64,000 nucleotides of DNA from Sphyrna mokarran (taxonomy: Eukaryota): the NCBI GenBank assembly GCA_024679065.1, contig JAGIQG010000048.1:62001-126000 (forward strand). The letters run 5' to 3'. This document shows positions 62,751 to 64,000 of the stretch, one piece after another (the stretch's first letter is position 1; each line of letters starts with the position of its first letter). A program made the translations under genes and the position numbers. The notes beneath the pieces were generated by a model. The model saw only the letters and a program-made list of their open reading frames with translations, was not told the origin of the DNA and did not search any database.

Positions 62751-62947
62751 TGTGCCCTTCTAACTTTGTAATTTCCAGTATCTGTGTGTGTGCTCGCCTG
62801 AATCTTTGTGTGCCCCTGCATTGACATGTAGCCCTGAATCAGTATATGCCCCCTGTAGCTCTGTATACCCCTGTACCTGTGTGTGTGTGTGTGTGCTTAT
62901 GTATTTGTGTGTGTCCGCTATCTCTGAGTGCTCCAGGACCTGTGTGT

Positions 62948-63991
62948 NNNNNNNNNNNNNNNNNNNNNNNNNNNNNNNNNNNNNNNNNNNNNNNNNNNNN
63001 NNNNNNNNNNNNNNNNNNNNNNNNNNNNNNNNNNNNNNNNNNNNNNNNNNNNNNNNNNNNNNNNNNNNNNNNNNNNNNNNNNNNNNNNNNNNNNNNNNNN
63101 NNNNNNNNNNNNNNNNNNNNNNNNNNNNNNNNNNNNNNNNNNNNNNNNNNNNNNNNNNNNNNNNNNNNNNNNNNNNNNNNNNNNNNNNNNNNNNNNNNNN
63201 NNNNNNNNNNNNNNNNNNNNNNNNNNNNNNNNNNNNNNNNNNNNNNNNNNNNNNNNNNNNNNNNNNNNNNNNNNNNNNNNNNNNNNNNNNNNNNNNNNNN
63301 NNNNNNNNNNNNNNNNNNNNNNNNNNNNNNNNNNNNNNNNNNNNNNNNNNNNNNNNNNNNNNNNNNNNNNNNNNNNNNNNNNNNNNNNNNNNNNGGTGTG
63401 GGGGGGTGTGTTTATGTGGTGTGNNNNNNNNNNNNNNNNNNNNNNNNNNNNNNNNNNNNNNNNNNNNNNNNNNNNNNNNNNNNNNNNNNNNNNNNNNNNN
63501 NNNNNNNNNNNNNNNNNNNNNNNNNNNNNNNNNNNNNNNNNNNNNNNNNNNNNNNNNNNNNNNNNNNNNNNNNNNNNNNNNNNNNNNNNNNNNNNNNNNN
63601 NNNNNNNNNNNNNNNNNNNNNNNNNNNNNNNNNNNNNNNNNNNNNNNNNNNNNNNNNNNNNNNNNNNNNNNNNNNNNNNNNNNNNNNNNNNNNNNNNNNN
63701 NNNNNNNNNNNNNNNNNNNNNNNNNNNNNNNNNNNNNNNNNNNNNNNNNNNNNNNNNNNNNNNNNNNNNNNNNNNNNNNNNNNNNNNNNNNNNNNNNNNN
63801 NNNNNNNNNNNNNNNNNNNNNNNNNNNNNNNNNNNNNNNNNNNNNNNNNNNNNNNNNNNNNNNNNNNNNNNNNNNNNNNNNNNNNNNNNNNNNNNNNNNN
63901 NNNNNNNNNNNNNNNNNNNNNNNNNNNNNNNNNNNNNNNNNNNNNNNNNNNNNNNNNNNNNNNNNNNNNNNNNNNNNNNNNNNNNNNNNNN
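62948..63991. other. Assembly gaps with a short (GT)-rich island near 63396-63423
   Basis: Runs of N. Confidence 1.
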
Positions 63992-64000
63992 GTTGGGTGT

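Larger units (their letters stand above)
59444..62947. repeat. Inverted repeat, arms 59444-61892 and 62024-62947, 131-bp spacer
   Basis: Non-satellite parts 61514-61892 / 62024-62401 and 59444-59642 / 62751-62947 are near-perfect reverse complements. Confidence 0.93.

Noticed and set aside
59643-62771. Repetitive Cys/Tyr-rich ORFs and a CRISPR-like appearance
   Set aside because: Head-to-tail 56-bp units with no unique spacers in vertebrate DNA; the ORFs are translations of the satellite

Overview
Eukaryotic DNA from a cartilaginous fish (shark-type): cluster-organised immunoglobulin heavy-chain genes set among CR1 LINE, tRNA-derived HE1/V-type SINE and Penelope-like repeats. The + strand carries one complete, unrearranged IgM cluster: leader 37774-37819, VH 37945-38249, D1, D2, JH 39421-39468, Cmu1-4 with secretory tail 48452-52432, and TM1/TM2 56121-56397. 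RSS spacers run V-23 / 12-D1-22 / 12-D2-12 / 23-J. The - strand carries the leader, VH, D1, D2 and part of the JH RSS of a near-identical second cluster (1-1641), whose J and C lie left of the window. The two clusters sit head-to-head in a ~39 kb inverted duplication (arms 1-17313 and 24335-39412) with a ~7 kb spacer that contains an assembly gap, so the orientation needs confirming. Main points: (1) this geometry would let either VH join the other cluster's D1 by inversion; (2) the two VH differ mostly in CDRs, often by tandem dinucleotide changes, while their introns are identical; (3) a G-rich, GAGCT-bearing tract lies upstream of Cmu1; (4) a hammerhead-like Penelope hairpin sits about 1 kb upstream of each VH; (5) there are nested fold-back and older duplications; (6) Cmu4 has non-conservative substitutions; (7) a second palindrome with a 56-bp satellite lies at the 3' end. 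All alignments were done by eye and repeat boundaries are approximate. Most ORFs in the supplied track are spurious or repeat-derived.
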